A stretch of DNA of 64,000 nt from Novosphingobium sp. (GCA_031285165.1 JAITWR010000069.1:677-64676); one strand, 5' to 3'; numbered from the stretch's first letter, positions 28,286 to 38,231 are shown. Notes: generated by a model from the letters alone, not told the origin. A program made the numbers and translations.

Positions 28286-29032
28286 GTGGGACGGGTTGAA
28301 GGTAAAGTAGCGTTGATTACCGGCGGCGCTTCGGGATTGGGCGCGGAAGATGCGCGTCTTCTGGCCCGTGAAGGGGCCAGGGTGGTCATCACCGACGTTC
28401 AGGACGAGTTGGGCCGGCAAGTGGCTGCGGAGATTCCGGGGGCGCTCTATCTCAACCACGATGTGCGTGATGAGCGGCGGTGGGGAGAGGTGATCGCCGA
28501 AACGCTGAAGGCGTTCGGACGGCTGGATATTCTCGTCAACAATGCCGGGCTGGTTCGCTTCGCCAGTGTCGAGGAGATGAGCTACGCCGATTACAAGATT
28601 CAGGTCGATGTGATGCTCGATGGCACCTTTCTGGGGTGCAAGGCCGCTATTCCGCACATGACGAAAGGCGGCGGCGGATCGATCATCAATATGGGGTCGG
28701 TCGGTGGAATGAAGGGGATCAGCGCTATTCCCGCCTATGCCGGCGCCAAGGGCGGCATCATTGCCATGACCCGCAGCATTGCCGTGCATTGTCAGGAACA
28801 GGGTTATAAAATCCGGGTGAACTCCATCGCCCCCGGGGCGATCGAGACGCCCATGACGGCCCAGGCGCTGGCCGAATTGCCGGATGACGACGCCGGGCTT
28901 GACCAGGTTCAGGATCAGGGCATGGGCAAGCCGATCGACATCGCCAATGCCGTTCTGTTTCTTGCCTCGGAGGATGGGCGCCACATTACCGGCGCCAACA
29001 TCGTGGTGGACAACGGAGAAACCGCTCACTGA
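28286..29032 (+). CDS. SDR oxidoreductase (hydroxysteroid/cyclic alcohol dehydrogenase-like)
   Basis: GTG start after an AGGAG RBS; TGGASGLG, NNAG and YAGAK motifs. Confidence 0.9.
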   Translation: MGRVEGKVALITGGASGLGAEDARLLAREGARVVITDVQDELGRQVAAEIPGALYLNHDVRDERRWGEVIAETLKAFGRLDILVNNAGLVRFASVEEMSYADYKIQVDVMLDGTFLGCKAAIPHMTKGGGGSIINMGSVGGMKGISAIPAYAGAKGGIIAMTRSIAVHCQEQGYKIRVNSIAPGAIETPMTAQALAELPDDDAGLDQVQDQGMGKPIDIANAVLFLASEDGRHITGANIVVDNGETAH

Positions 29033-29043
29033 ATTTGCATACG

Positions 29044-29085
29044 CCGATATGCGGGGCATCGTGAGAGAGACGCCCCGCATATCGG
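29044..29085. terminator. Hairpin between convergent genes
   Basis: 14-bp stem CCGATATGCGGGGC/GCCCCGCATATCGG. Confidence 0.6.
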
Positions 29086-29147
29086 GTATCGAGTATGTTC
29101 GCCCGGATGACGGGCCGGACGACCGGGGATGTGTGCCCGGAACGGAA

Positions 29148-30227
29148 TTACCCGCAATGCTCCATGGATTCGCGCGCCATCCTGGCTAGTCTCGGGAAGG
29201 CTTCGGCGCGTTGCCGGGCCTGGGCATTGGCCGCGGTGCCGCGCAGAACGCGGCCTTTGATGCCATGGAAAATCGCGGCCAGCCGGAACAGATTGAAAGC
29301 CATGGCGAATTCGTAGCCGGCGAGGGGCGTCTCATAGCCGACACGGCGGCAATAGGCGGCGATATAGTCTTGCTCGGACGGGATATTGAGTGCTTTGAGG
29401 TCGGCCCCTTTAAGGCCGGCAACGATGTCGGGCTCCATGCGATACATCATCGCGTGATAGGTGAAATCGGCGAGCGGGTGGCCGAGTGTCGACAGTTCCC
29501 AGTCGAGCACGGCGGTTATACGCGGCTGGGTCGGGTGGAAGATGATATTGTCGCAGCGGAAATCGCCGTGGACGATGGCGGATTCGTCACCATCGGGAAT
29601 GTGGGAAGGCAGCCAATCGACCAGAGCATCCATATCGGGATTGCGGCCGGCGAGATCGTCGGCAAGGTATTGCTTCGACCAGCGGCCGATCTGCCGGGCG
29701 AAATAATTGCCGGCCTTCCCATAATCGCCGAGGCCGACGGCCACGGGGTCCAGGCTGTGAAGCTGGGCCATTGCCGCGTTCATGGCGTCGAAATAGGCCG
29801 GGCGTTCCGCATCGGATACACCGGGGAACGTCGCATCCCAGAAGATGCGGCCCTCGACCAGCTCCATGACATAGAACCAGGTGCCGATGACCGCGTTGTC
29901 CGTGCACAGGCCCAGGATTTTCGGCACCGGGAAGCCGGTGGCGCCCAGGCAGGAAAGCACCCTGGCCTCCCGATCGACCGCGTGGGCTCCCGCCAGAAGC
30001 TCGCCCGGCGGCTTTCGCCGCAAGACCCATGACCGGCCGCCGGCGATCAGCTTGTAGGTCGGATTGGATTGGCCGCCTTTGAACTGTTCGACGGCCAGCG
30101 GCCCGGTGAAGCCGTCCACATGGGCCGCCATCCAGCGTTCGAGGCGTGCATTGTCGAAGCCATAGCCCGCGCGCACCGCAGTCGTGCCCGAATTGGCTTC
30201 GGCGATCGTCGTGGCTCTATCGGTCAT
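29148..30227 (-). CDS. APH-family phosphotransferase (ACAD10/11 kinase-like, LvaA-like)
   Basis: 'GGQSNPTY', 'VLRRKPPG', 'HGDFRCDN', 'VLDWEL'; ATGA overlap with the upstream ACAD. Confidence 0.9.
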   Translation of the reverse strand: MTDRATTIAEANSGTTAVRAGYGFDNARLERWMAAHVDGFTGPLAVEQFKGGQSNPTYKLIAGGRSWVLRRKPPGELLAGAHAVDREARVLSCLGATGFPVPKILGLCTDNAVIGTWFYVMELVEGRIFWDATFPGVSDAERPAYFDAMNAAMAQLHSLDPVAVGLGDYGKAGNYFARQIGRWSKQYLADDLAGRNPDMDALVDWLPSHIPDGDESAIVHGDFRCDNIIFHPTQPRITAVLDWELSTLGHPLADFTYHAMMYRMEPDIVAGLKGADLKALNIPSEQDYIAAYCRRVGYETPLAGYEFAMAFNLFRLAAIFHGIKGRVLRGTAANAQARQRAEAFPRLARMARESMEHCG

Positions 30228-31396
30228 GCCGGCTGCGCCTGCTTCCATTCGCGTTTGATCTTCTTGGCCAGGCTCCATTTGTGTACTTCGGTCGGGCCGT
30301 CGTAGATGCGGAAGGCGCGAACCTCGCGGAATACCTGTTCAACGACGGTCTTGCCGGTGACGCCCATGCCGCCCATCACCTGGACGCAGTTGTCGGCGAT
30401 TTTCATCAAGGCTTCGGATACCGAAACTTTGGTCATCGAACTTTCCACCGTGCCGAGCGAGCCGGTATCGAGCACCCCGGCGCACCAGTCGATCATCAGT
30501 TCGCATTGCTTGAGGAGAATGCGGTTTTCCGCAAGCATGAAGCCGACACCTTCATGTTCGATCAACGGCTTGCCGAAAGCCTCGCGGCGGCAGGCATAGT
30601 CGGTGGCGATTTCCTGGGCGCGGATGCAGGCGCCGAGCCAGCGCATGCAGTGGGAAAGGCGGGCGGGCGACAGACGCACCTGGGCATATTGAAAACCTTC
30701 GCCGGCCTGTCCGAGCATCTGGTCGGCAGGAACCCGCAGGTTCTCGATGGCAATCGTCGCGTGGCCTCCGGGCATCGAACTGTCGATGGTGTTGGGAACG
30801 TCGACTGTGCGGATGGCCGGGTTGGGCAGGTCGACGACAAACATGCAGGCGCCTTGCTCTGCCTTCGCCATGACTATGCCGACTTCGGCGCCTTCCGCTC
30901 CGGTGATGAAGCACTTCTGGCCATCGATCACCCAGTGATTGCCTTCCATGCGGCAGAGGGTTTTCATCATCGAGGGATCGGCGCCGGCGCCGCCCCATTC
31001 GGCCGGCTCGGTCATCAAAAAGGCCGAGCGGGCACGGCCTGCGTGAAGCTTCGCGAGGAAACGCTCCTTGATCTGCGGGCTGCCGACATGGCCGAGAAGG
31101 TACATGTTGCCTTCGTCCGGCGCGTTGGTATTGCACGCCAGCGGCCCCAGGGGCGACAGGCCGGAACGGATCAGGACCACTGCCGTTTCACGCTGGGACA
31201 GGTGATCGCCGTTCGACTGTATGTGCGGTGTCAGCACGCCCGCGGCGCGTGCTTTCTCGCGCATTTCCCACACCATTGCGTCGAGAGGTGCGCCATGGTG
31301 ATCGCGGCGCGGGTCCTGTTCGTAAGGGATCACAACTTCGCGGACAAAGGCTTCCACCCGATCGGCGAGGTCCAATGCGTGCTGGGAAATAGTCAT
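30224..31396 (-). CDS. Acyl-CoA dehydrogenase (ACAD10/11- or LvaC-like)
   Basis: 'APDEGNM', 'AFLMTEP', 'RIYDGPTEVH'. Confidence 0.9.
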   Translation of the reverse strand: MTISQHALDLADRVEAFVREVVIPYEQDPRRDHHGAPLDAMVWEMREKARAAGVLTPHIQSNGDHLSQRETAVVLIRSGLSPLGPLACNTNAPDEGNMYLLGHVGSPQIKERFLAKLHAGRARSAFLMTEPAEWGGAGADPSMMKTLCRMEGNHWVIDGQKCFITGAEGAEVGIVMAKAEQGACMFVVDLPNPAIRTVDVPNTIDSSMPGGHATIAIENLRVPADQMLGQAGEGFQYAQVRLSPARLSHCMRWLGACIRAQEIATDYACRREAFGKPLIEHEGVGFMLAENRILLKQCELMIDWCAGVLDTGSLGTVESSMTKVSVSEALMKIADNCVQVMGGMGVTGKTVVEQVFREVRAFRIYDGPTEVHKWSLAKKIKREWKQAQPA

Positions 31397-31404
31397 AAAT
31401 ATCC

Positions 31405-31941
31405 TTAACCGATGATACGCAGCGGTTCGCTGCCGTCCCAATTGCGAGCGGCTTCCTTCATCATGGCGAAAAGGCTGTCGGAGCCTGCCATCGGCTGAAG
31501 CAGTTCGATGACATGGCCCGGCCCGCCGCCGGCGTCGACATAGATGACCTCGCCGGTATTGCCGACCTTGCCTTCGACAAGGATTTCCGCCCCCGCTTCG
31601 GCGCAGGCCTTGCGGGCTTCCGCAATGGAATCGACGAAAATGCAGACGTGATGGACCCGGTCCTTCACGGCATATTCGCCCGTATAGATCGAGGGTGCAT
31701 CGTTTTCCGCGCGGATCAGTTCGATCTGCATATCTCCCCAATAGCCGATGGCGATGGAGAACTCTGCATCGGATGGCTGGCCGCGATAGCGCATTTCGCC
31801 AAGCCGGATGTTTTCCAGCAGGAAAAATGGCCCGACACCGACGATCTCTGTCCAGTGCCTGATTGCTGCGTCGAAATCTTCGGGCAGGTAGGCGATCTGG
31901 ACGATATTGCCGATTGCCTTGATGGGGCCGGGTCGGGGCAT
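31405..31941 (-). CDS. VOC/glyoxalase-family protein
   Basis: 'QIAYLPED', 'GVGPFF', 'IELI', 'VHHVCIFVD'. Confidence 0.8.
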   Translation of the reverse strand: MPRPGPIKAIGNIVQIAYLPEDFDAAIRHWTEIVGVGPFFLLENIRLGEMRYRGQPSDAEFSIAIGYWGDMQIELIRAENDAPSIYTGEYAVKDRVHHVCIFVDSIAEARKACAEAGAEILVEGKVGNTGEVIYVDAGGGPGHVIELLQPMAGSDSLFAMMKEAARNWDGSEPLRIIG

Positions 31942-31958
31942 CGCTGATATTCCCTGGA

Positions 31959-33386
31959 TCAGACGAAAAGGGCTTCGGGCTCTTCGATCAACTGTTTCAA
32001 CGTGCCGAGGAAGGCTGCGCCTCCGGCGCCATCTATGGCACGGTGGTCCACCGATAGCGTCAGCGCCAGGCGTGTTTCGAAACCGATGCCGCCATGCGCA
32101 GTTTCAACGGGCTGACGGCTGGCGGTTCCGACTGCCAGGATCGCGCCTTGCGGCGGGTTGATGATCGCGTCGAATTGCTCGATCCCCATCATGCCGAGGT
32201 TGGAGATCGAGAACGTGCCTCCGTTCATGTCCTCCAGACCGAGCCGTCCCGCTTGCGCCTTGTCGATCAGCCGGCGTGTCTCGGCCGCGATCTGGTCGAT
32301 CCGCATCCGGTCGGCCTGGCGCACTATGGGCGTGACAAGGCCTTTCGGGCTGGCCACTGCGATCGATATGTCGGCGTGCGGGAAGTGGTGCAATTCATTC
32401 CCGTGGACCTGGATGTTGACATCGGGGTGGCGCACCAGTGCCAGCGCCGTCGCCTTGACCAGATAGTCGTTGATCGATGCCTTGCAATTCAGCACGAGGT
32501 TGGCCGTTTTGCGCAGTGCAAGCAGTTCATCGACACGTACCGATATGCGCAGGTAGAAATGCGGAATCTGCTGTTTCGCATCGGTCAGGCGCTGCGCGAT
32601 GATTTTGCGGATGCGGTCGAACGGCTTGATTTCCGGCAGGTTCGGATTCAGCGCGAATTCTGCGGCGACAGGCCGGGCTGCCGGAACCGGAGAGACGAGT
32701 GCCTGCACATCGGCTCTGGAGATGCGGCCGCGCGGGCCGGTTCCCTTGATGCCTGCCAGATCGATTCCATGGAGCGCGGCGATGCGCCGGGCGAGTGGCG
32801 AGGCGAAGAACCCGGCATTGTCTTCGACCAGTTGCGCCGAGCCTTTGAAAACGGGCTTCGCTGTGGGCCGGATCGCTTGCTGGATGTCCTGAAGGGTGAT
32901 GCGGCCGTTGCGGCCCGAACCATCTATTTGCGAGATATCGATGTTCTCGCGTTCGGCAAGTTTGAGCGCCTCGGGGCTGATCGGCCGGTTTGTTGCAATC
33001 CTGCCTGGCCTGGCCGATGCCGATGTATGGGCGGGGGCGGACGGGGACTCGCTGTCGCTGCTCCGCGCGGCAACTCCTGTCTCTGCCGGGCGGAAATCGG
33101 CAATGAAGGCGTCGATCTCGGCGTCGCTTGCCGCCGCATCGGCGAAGACTGCAAGCAGTGCCCCCACCGGCTCGGCATCTCCGCCTGCGGGAACCAGTAT
33201 GCGACGGGCCACCGCATCATATTCCGCTTCGACCTCGTTGGTGATCTTGGCGGTTTCGATCAGGCAGAGCATGTCGCCCTTGGTAAAGGCATCGCCTTCC
33301 TTGACCATCCATGTGGCGATAGTGCCTTCGGTCATTTCGATGCCCCATTTGGGCATGCAGAAGGGGCGGATTTCGGCCATCATCAT
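31959..33386 (-). CDS. acoC: Dihydrolipoamide acyltransferase E2 (acetoin/2-oxoacid dehydrogenase type) with two subunit-binding domains
   Basis: Lipoyl domain 'IETAKITNEV'; two PSBD repeats; catalytic 'DHRAIDG'. Confidence 0.8.
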   Translation of the reverse strand: MMMAEIRPFCMPKWGIEMTEGTIATWMVKEGDAFTKGDMLCLIETAKITNEVEAEYDAVARRILVPAGGDAEPVGALLAVFADAAASDAEIDAFIADFRPAETGVAARSSDSESPSAPAHTSASARPGRIATNRPISPEALKLAERENIDISQIDGSGRNGRITLQDIQQAIRPTAKPVFKGSAQLVEDNAGFFASPLARRIAALHGIDLAGIKGTGPRGRISRADVQALVSPVPAARPVAAEFALNPNLPEIKPFDRIRKIIAQRLTDAKQQIPHFYLRISVRVDELLALRKTANLVLNCKASINDYLVKATALALVRHPDVNIQVHGNELHHFPHADISIAVASPKGLVTPIVRQADRMRIDQIAAETRRLIDKAQAGRLGLEDMNGGTFSISNLGMMGIEQFDAIINPPQGAILAVGTASRQPVETAHGGIGFETRLALTLSVDHRAIDGAGGAAFLGTLKQLIEEPEALFV

Positions 33387-33392
33387 CCTCCC

Positions 33393-34406
33393 TCAGCGCC
33401 AGTTCAGAACCTTGCGCACTGCGGCTTCGATCTTCTCTGCCGAGGGCAGATAGGCGGATTCGAGCTCACGGGCGAAAGGGATCGGCGTATGGGGCGGGGT
33501 CACTGCCTGCGGCGGTGCCTTGAGGCTGGAGAAAGCCTTGTTGGCGGCCAGGGCGCAAAGGTCGGCAGCCAGTCCACAGCGCGGCGGAGCCTCATCGACT
33601 ACAACCAGCCGGCCCGTCACTTCGACCGAATCGAGAATGGCTTCCTCGTCGAGCGGGCTGGTGGTGCGCAGGTCGATCACGTCGCAACCGATGCCTTCGT
33701 TCGCCAGCCTGTCGGCAACCGCCTCGCAAAAGCCGAGCAGCAGGCCGGAGGAGACGATCGTGACATCCTCCCCGGCCCGTGTCAGCCGGGCATGACCGAA
33801 CGGGATGACGAAGTCGGGATCGTCGGGAACCTCTCCGGTAGTGGCGTAAAGCGCCTTGTGTTCAAGAAAGATTACCGGATCGTCGTCGCGGATTGCCTGA
33901 CGCAGCAGCCCCGCGACATCGGCGGGTGTGGAGGGCATCACCACTTTCAGGCCGGGCATGCCGGTCAGGATCTGATGGACCGACTGGCTATGTTGTGCTG
34001 CGGCGTTGAAACCGGCGCCATAGGCCATGCGGATCACCACCGGGCATTTGGTCTTGCCGCCGAACATATAGCGGAATTTGCCGATCTGGTTCCAGATCTG
34101 GTCGAGCGAGACGCCTATGAAATCGGCGAACATCAATTCGGCGACCGGCCGCTTTCCGGCGAGTGCGAGACCCGCCGCCGCGCCGACAATGGCGCTTTCA
34201 GAAATCGGTGTGTCGATCACGCGGTCCTGGCCGAAACGGCCGTAGAGGCCGGTGGATGTCGACCAGATGCCGCCGATGGCCTCGGGGCCGCCGGCGGTTC
34301 CCATGCCGCCAACCACGTCTTCACCCAGAACGACGACATTGGGATCGCGCTCCATTTCCGCGGCAATCGTCGAGACGACGGCATCTCGATACATCATTTT
34401 CGCCAT
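33393..34406 (-). CDS. acoB: TPP-dependent dehydrogenase E1 beta (acetoin dehydrogenase-like)
   Basis: 'GEDV', 'DTPISE', 'AAQHSQ', 'DDDPVIFLEHK'. Confidence 0.82.
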   Translation of the reverse strand: MAKMMYRDAVVSTIAAEMERDPNVVVLGEDVVGGMGTAGGPEAIGGIWSTSTGLYGRFGQDRVIDTPISESAIVGAAAGLALAGKRPVAELMFADFIGVSLDQIWNQIGKFRYMFGGKTKCPVVIRMAYGAGFNAAAQHSQSVHQILTGMPGLKVVMPSTPADVAGLLRQAIRDDDPVIFLEHKALYATTGEVPDDPDFVIPFGHARLTRAGEDVTIVSSGLLLGFCEAVADRLANEGIGCDVIDLRTTSPLDEEAILDSVEVTGRLVVVDEAPPRCGLAADLCALAANKAFSSLKAPPQAVTPPHTPIPFARELESAYLPSAEKIEAAVRKVLNWR

Positions 34407-34422
34407 GACCCGATCTCTCCCG

Positions 34423-35394
34423 TCAGTAGCTGATATAGACATCGGCGAGGACATCTTCGGCAGTGGGCCGCGCAGCGGCGCGGGCGGCCTCGACCGCACG
34501 GTCTATGCTGGTGAGCACTTCGCTGTCGATCGCGTCGAGATCGGTGTCGTCCAGCAGGCCGGCCGTGGTAACTGCCTTGCGAAACTTCTTGAGGCAGTCT
34601 CGCGTCTCGCGCAGGCGCTCGATCTCTCCCTTGCCCCGGTAACGCTGCGGGTCGCCTTCGAAATGCCCGAAGAAGCGCTCCGTATCGAATTCGATGGCGG
34701 CCGGGCCGTTACCCGCACGGACATATGCGAGCGCCTCCCGCATGGTATCGTGAACCGCGAAGAAATCGGTGCCGTCGGCACGCCAGACCTTCATGCCGAA
34801 TGCTTCGGCGCGGCTGGCGATGTCCTGCTGGGTGCCGACCGCATAGTCGACGCCGGTGTGTTCGGAATAGTGGTTGTTCTCGAAGACGAAGATGCACGGT
34901 GCCCCGGTGACGACGGCAAAGTTCATGGCTTCGAACGTCGTGCCCTGATTGCAGGCGCCATCGCCCGAGAAAGCGATCGAGACATGCCCCTGGCCGTCGA
35001 GCTTGGCCGCCAGTGCGGCGCCCACTGCGATCGGGGCGCCGGCGCCGACAATGCCGTTGGCGCCAAGCATCCCCTGATCGACATCGGCGATATGCATCGA
35101 TCCGCCCTTGCCCTTGCACAAGCCGTCGCGGCTACCCCAGATTTCCTTCATCATCCCTTCGATATCGCAACCTTTGGCGAGGCAATGGCCGTGCCCGCGG
35201 TGTGTCGAGATGATCTTGTCGTCCGTGCCCAAATGCTCGCACACGCCAACCGCAACTGCTTCCTGTCCGCAATAGAGATGGGTGAAGCCGGCGATTTCTC
35301 CGGTCTGAATCTCGCTATGCAGGCGTTCCTCGAACTCACGGATCACTTTCATCTGGCGATAGGCGCGCTGGAGGGCTTCTCGGCTTAATTGCAT
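34423..35394 (-). CDS. acoA: TPP-dependent dehydrogenase E1 alpha (acetoin dehydrogenase-like)
   Basis: 'GFTHLYCGQEA', 'STHRGHGH', 'GKGGSMH', TPP motif 'GDGA...ENN', 'GHFEGD'. Confidence 0.82.
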   Translation of the reverse strand: MQLSREALQRAYRQMKVIREFEERLHSEIQTGEIAGFTHLYCGQEAVAVGVCEHLGTDDKIISTHRGHGHCLAKGCDIEGMMKEIWGSRDGLCKGKGGSMHIADVDQGMLGANGIVGAGAPIAVGAALAAKLDGQGHVSIAFSGDGACNQGTTFEAMNFAVVTGAPCIFVFENNHYSEHTGVDYAVGTQQDIASRAEAFGMKVWRADGTDFFAVHDTMREALAYVRAGNGPAAIEFDTERFFGHFEGDPQRYRGKGEIERLRETRDCLKKFRKAVTTAGLLDDTDLDAIDSEVLTSIDRAVEAARAAARPTAEDVLADVYISY

Positions 35395-35413
35395 TTCTGC
35401 TCTCCGTATGTGG

Positions 35414-36622
35414 TCACAGCCCGAGAACGGACCGGGCGATGATGCCGGACTGGACTTCGTTGGTTCCGCCAAAGATGGTCCATGCGCGACTGTTGAGATA
35501 GCGCGGCGTGGCAAGCTGCGCGTCGTGCGAATGAACCGGCGGGGGGGCATCCGGGCCATAGAGCGGCCGTTCGCTGTTCAGTTGCAGTCCGGCATAACCG
35601 TGAAGATCGACTGCCAGCAGATCGATCTCCTGCCGCAGATTCGATGCCAGCAATTTGGTCAGCGATGTCTGCGGGCCGGGCTTGCGGCCCTTGGCGAGTT
35701 CGGAGACGATTTTCAGCTCGATCATCTCCAGGGCTTGAACACGCAGGCGCGCGCCCGCCATCTTGCGTTTCCAACCGGCATCGCCGGCCATGACGCCGCC
35801 TTGCCCGTCACTCTCATGCCGGGCCACTTCTTCCAGGCGGTCGAGGTCATAGCCGAGCTTCGGCGCATGGCAGGAGCCGCCGCGTTCGTTTTCGAGCAGG
35901 AATTTGGCGATGGTCCAGCCTTCACCTTCCTGGCCCACGCGATCCTCTGCCGGTACGTTCACGTTTTCCAGAAAAACCTGATTGACCTCGTGATCTCCGG
36001 CGATTGTCAGAATCGGCCGAACCGAGATGCCGGGCAGTTCCATATCGACCAGCAGAAAGGAAATCCCCGCCTGCTTCTTCGCGCCGGGATCGGTGCGGAC
36101 AAGGCAGAACATGCGGTTGGCATGATGTGCATGGGTCGTCCATATCTTTGACCCGTTGAGGATGTAGCGATCCCCGTCCCGCACCGCACGGCATTGCAGC
36201 GCGGCAAGATCGGACCCGGCGCCGGGTTCGGAGAAACCCTGGCACCAATAGTCTTCTCCAGAAAGAATACGGGGCAGATAAAAGCGCTTTTGCTCCTCGG
36301 TGCCGAAGGTCCAGATGACGGGCGCCACGAGCTTCAACCCCAGAACGGTGAGGTTGGGGGCGCCGGCCATCGCGCATTCCTTCTCGAAGATATAGCGCTG
36401 CACCGGACTCCAGCCCGTGCCGCCATATTCGACCGGCCATTGATAGCCGAGCCAGCCCTTGCGATAGAGCACGTCATTCCAGGCCTGCCCGATATCCGGC
36501 TCGGTGAAGACCGAGGGAGTGCGGGCGCTCCCGTCGCGAATGGCGGCAGTCAGATTGTCTTTCAGGAAGCAGCGCACCTCATCCCGAAAGGCACTGTCCC
36601 CGGAGGAAAGATCGATGTCCAT
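35414..36622 (-). CDS. Acyl-CoA dehydrogenase (PimC/ChsE-like large subunit)
   Basis: 'WCQGFSEPGAGSDLA', 'TIFGGTNEVQ'. Confidence 0.9.
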   Translation of the reverse strand: MDIDLSSGDSAFRDEVRCFLKDNLTAAIRDGSARTPSVFTEPDIGQAWNDVLYRKGWLGYQWPVEYGGTGWSPVQRYIFEKECAMAGAPNLTVLGLKLVAPVIWTFGTEEQKRFYLPRILSGEDYWCQGFSEPGAGSDLAALQCRAVRDGDRYILNGSKIWTTHAHHANRMFCLVRTDPGAKKQAGISFLLVDMELPGISVRPILTIAGDHEVNQVFLENVNVPAEDRVGQEGEGWTIAKFLLENERGGSCHAPKLGYDLDRLEEVARHESDGQGGVMAGDAGWKRKMAGARLRVQALEMIELKIVSELAKGRKPGPQTSLTKLLASNLRQEIDLLAVDLHGYAGLQLNSERPLYGPDAPPPVHSHDAQLATPRYLNSRAWTIFGGTNEVQSGIIARSVLGL

Positions 36623-37767
36623 CAGCGTTCCAGTATCGTTACGGCCGAGACGCCGGGGGCGCCGTACACATGACTGTAGGCGGTCCTGGGATTGCCCGGC
36701 ACCTGACGCCCGCCGCCATCCTGGCGGAGCTGGACCACATTTTCGTAAACCTGCCTCAGGCCCGAAGCGCCGATCGGTTCACCGCAGGCGAGGCAGCCGC
36801 CATCCGTGTTGACCGGCAGATGACCGCCGATCTCCGTGCGGCCTTCGGCCAGCCATTGATCCTGTTCGCCGTCACGGCAAAAGCCGTTTTCAGCCATGTG
36901 CATGATTTCGGCGCCCGCCTCGGTGTCCTGAAGCTGCGCGACATCGATGTCATCGGGGCCGATACCCGCGAGGTGAAAGGCGTCGGCCGAGGCGATCATC
37001 GTTGCCGAGCCTCCGCGTTCGATGTCGATCGAGGGGGCGAAGACCTCGAAGGAACCCGGCGGGCGGGTGCGCATCGTGGCGGCTTTCAGCCGGATCAGCG
37101 GTTTGCCCAGTTCGCGCGCTTTCTTCTCGCTGGCGAGGATCAGGGCAACACCGCCTTCGGCGGGGGAGCAGAACATGTATTTGGTATAGGGGTCGCTCAC
37201 CAGGGGGGCTTCCATGATCACATCGAGTGGAACCGGTTCCCGCCGCCAGGCGTGGGGAGCATGTACGGCATTGCGGAAGGCCTTTTCCGAAACGCGGCCC
37301 AGCGTGGCCGGCGAAATCCCGTGTTCATGCATGTATCGCGTGATCTTGGCGGCAAAGAACTGGGTCGTGATCATGTAGCCCGCTTCGCCGTACCATTCGG
37401 GCAGGTTGTATTCGGATGGCAGCGCATTGAACGCGCCGCGCGGATGTTTGTCGAAGCCGACCGCAAGGCCGAGGTCGAATTCACCGGACTTGATGGCCAT
37501 TTGCGTCGAGAACAGCGCCGATCCGCCGGTCGCGCAGCCGTTGCGGACATTGATGAACTGCATGCCGGTCAAGCCAAGTCGTTCAACCATCGAGTCGGGA
37601 TTGCCGGCGGCGTCGGACCCGCCATAGGCGAACTGAATATCCCGCCATTCGACGCCAGCGTCGTTCAGCGCCTGCCGCACAGCATGGACACCCTGTTCAA
37701 GACCCGACAGACCTTCGGTGCGCCCGAAGGGGTGTATGCCGATGCCAACGATGCAAACGTCGTTCAT
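36622..37767 (-). CDS. Thiolase-superfamily protein (SCP-x/Ltp-type)
   Basis: 'NGCATGG', 'VNTDGG', 'GEPIGASG'. Confidence 0.85.
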   Translation of the reverse strand: MNDVCIVGIGIHPFGRTEGLSGLEQGVHAVRQALNDAGVEWRDIQFAYGGSDAAGNPDSMVERLGLTGMQFINVRNGCATGGSALFSTQMAIKSGEFDLGLAVGFDKHPRGAFNALPSEYNLPEWYGEAGYMITTQFFAAKITRYMHEHGISPATLGRVSEKAFRNAVHAPHAWRREPVPLDVIMEAPLVSDPYTKYMFCSPAEGGVALILASEKKARELGKPLIRLKAATMRTRPPGSFEVFAPSIDIERGGSATMIASADAFHLAGIGPDDIDVAQLQDTEAGAEIMHMAENGFCRDGEQDQWLAEGRTEIGGHLPVNTDGGCLACGEPIGASGLRQVYENVVQLRQDGGGRQVPGNPRTAYSHVYGAPGVSAVTILER

Positions 37768-38159
37768 GCAGGCTCTCCCGCGGGCTCGAAAGCGTGAATC
37801 ATGATGGGATCGGAAGCTGAGGGGTCCAGAGGGATCAGCGTGAGGCGTAAAGGCATGCCGATGCGGATTTCGTCCAGCGCGATATTGGCAAGGCGCGCTT
37901 CCACGATGGTTTCGCCCGGCAGCTCGACATAAGCCACCGCCCAGGGTTCGAATGCTTCGGGACCGGTGTAAGGCGGTGATTTGGGGCGATAGCGCTGGAC
38001 CGTATAGGACCAGAGGTGCCCGTGCCTTTGCAGCGGATAGGCGTCAAAATCCTCGCCGGCCGGGCAAGGGAATACGATGCGGCCCGAATCCTTGTGCCGT
38101 CCGCCGAGCAATCGCGGCGGCGTTTCATCGGTTATCAGTCCTTCTGAGATAATGCGCAT
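37764..38159 (-). CDS. DUF35 OB-fold thiolase partner with a degenerate Zn ribbon
   Basis: 'GHLWSYTVQ', 'AVAYVEL', 'IRIGM'; translationally coupled to the thiolase. Confidence 0.8.
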   Translation of the reverse strand: MRIISEGLITDETPPRLLGGRHKDSGRIVFPCPAGEDFDAYPLQRHGHLWSYTVQRYRPKSPPYTGPEAFEPWAVAYVELPGETIVEARLANIALDEIRIGMPLRLTLIPLDPSASDPIMIHAFEPAGEPA

Positions 38160-38231
38160 AAAGCCCCGAGCCAAACTTCCGGTGACGAATCCAGAATATC
38201 CGCACCTTAGGCTGGTCAGGGCGCTCTTTCC

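Noticed and set aside
31959-35394. Housekeeping pyruvate dehydrogenase
   Set aside because: Motifs and context fit an AcoAB-like catabolic complex, and there is no E3.
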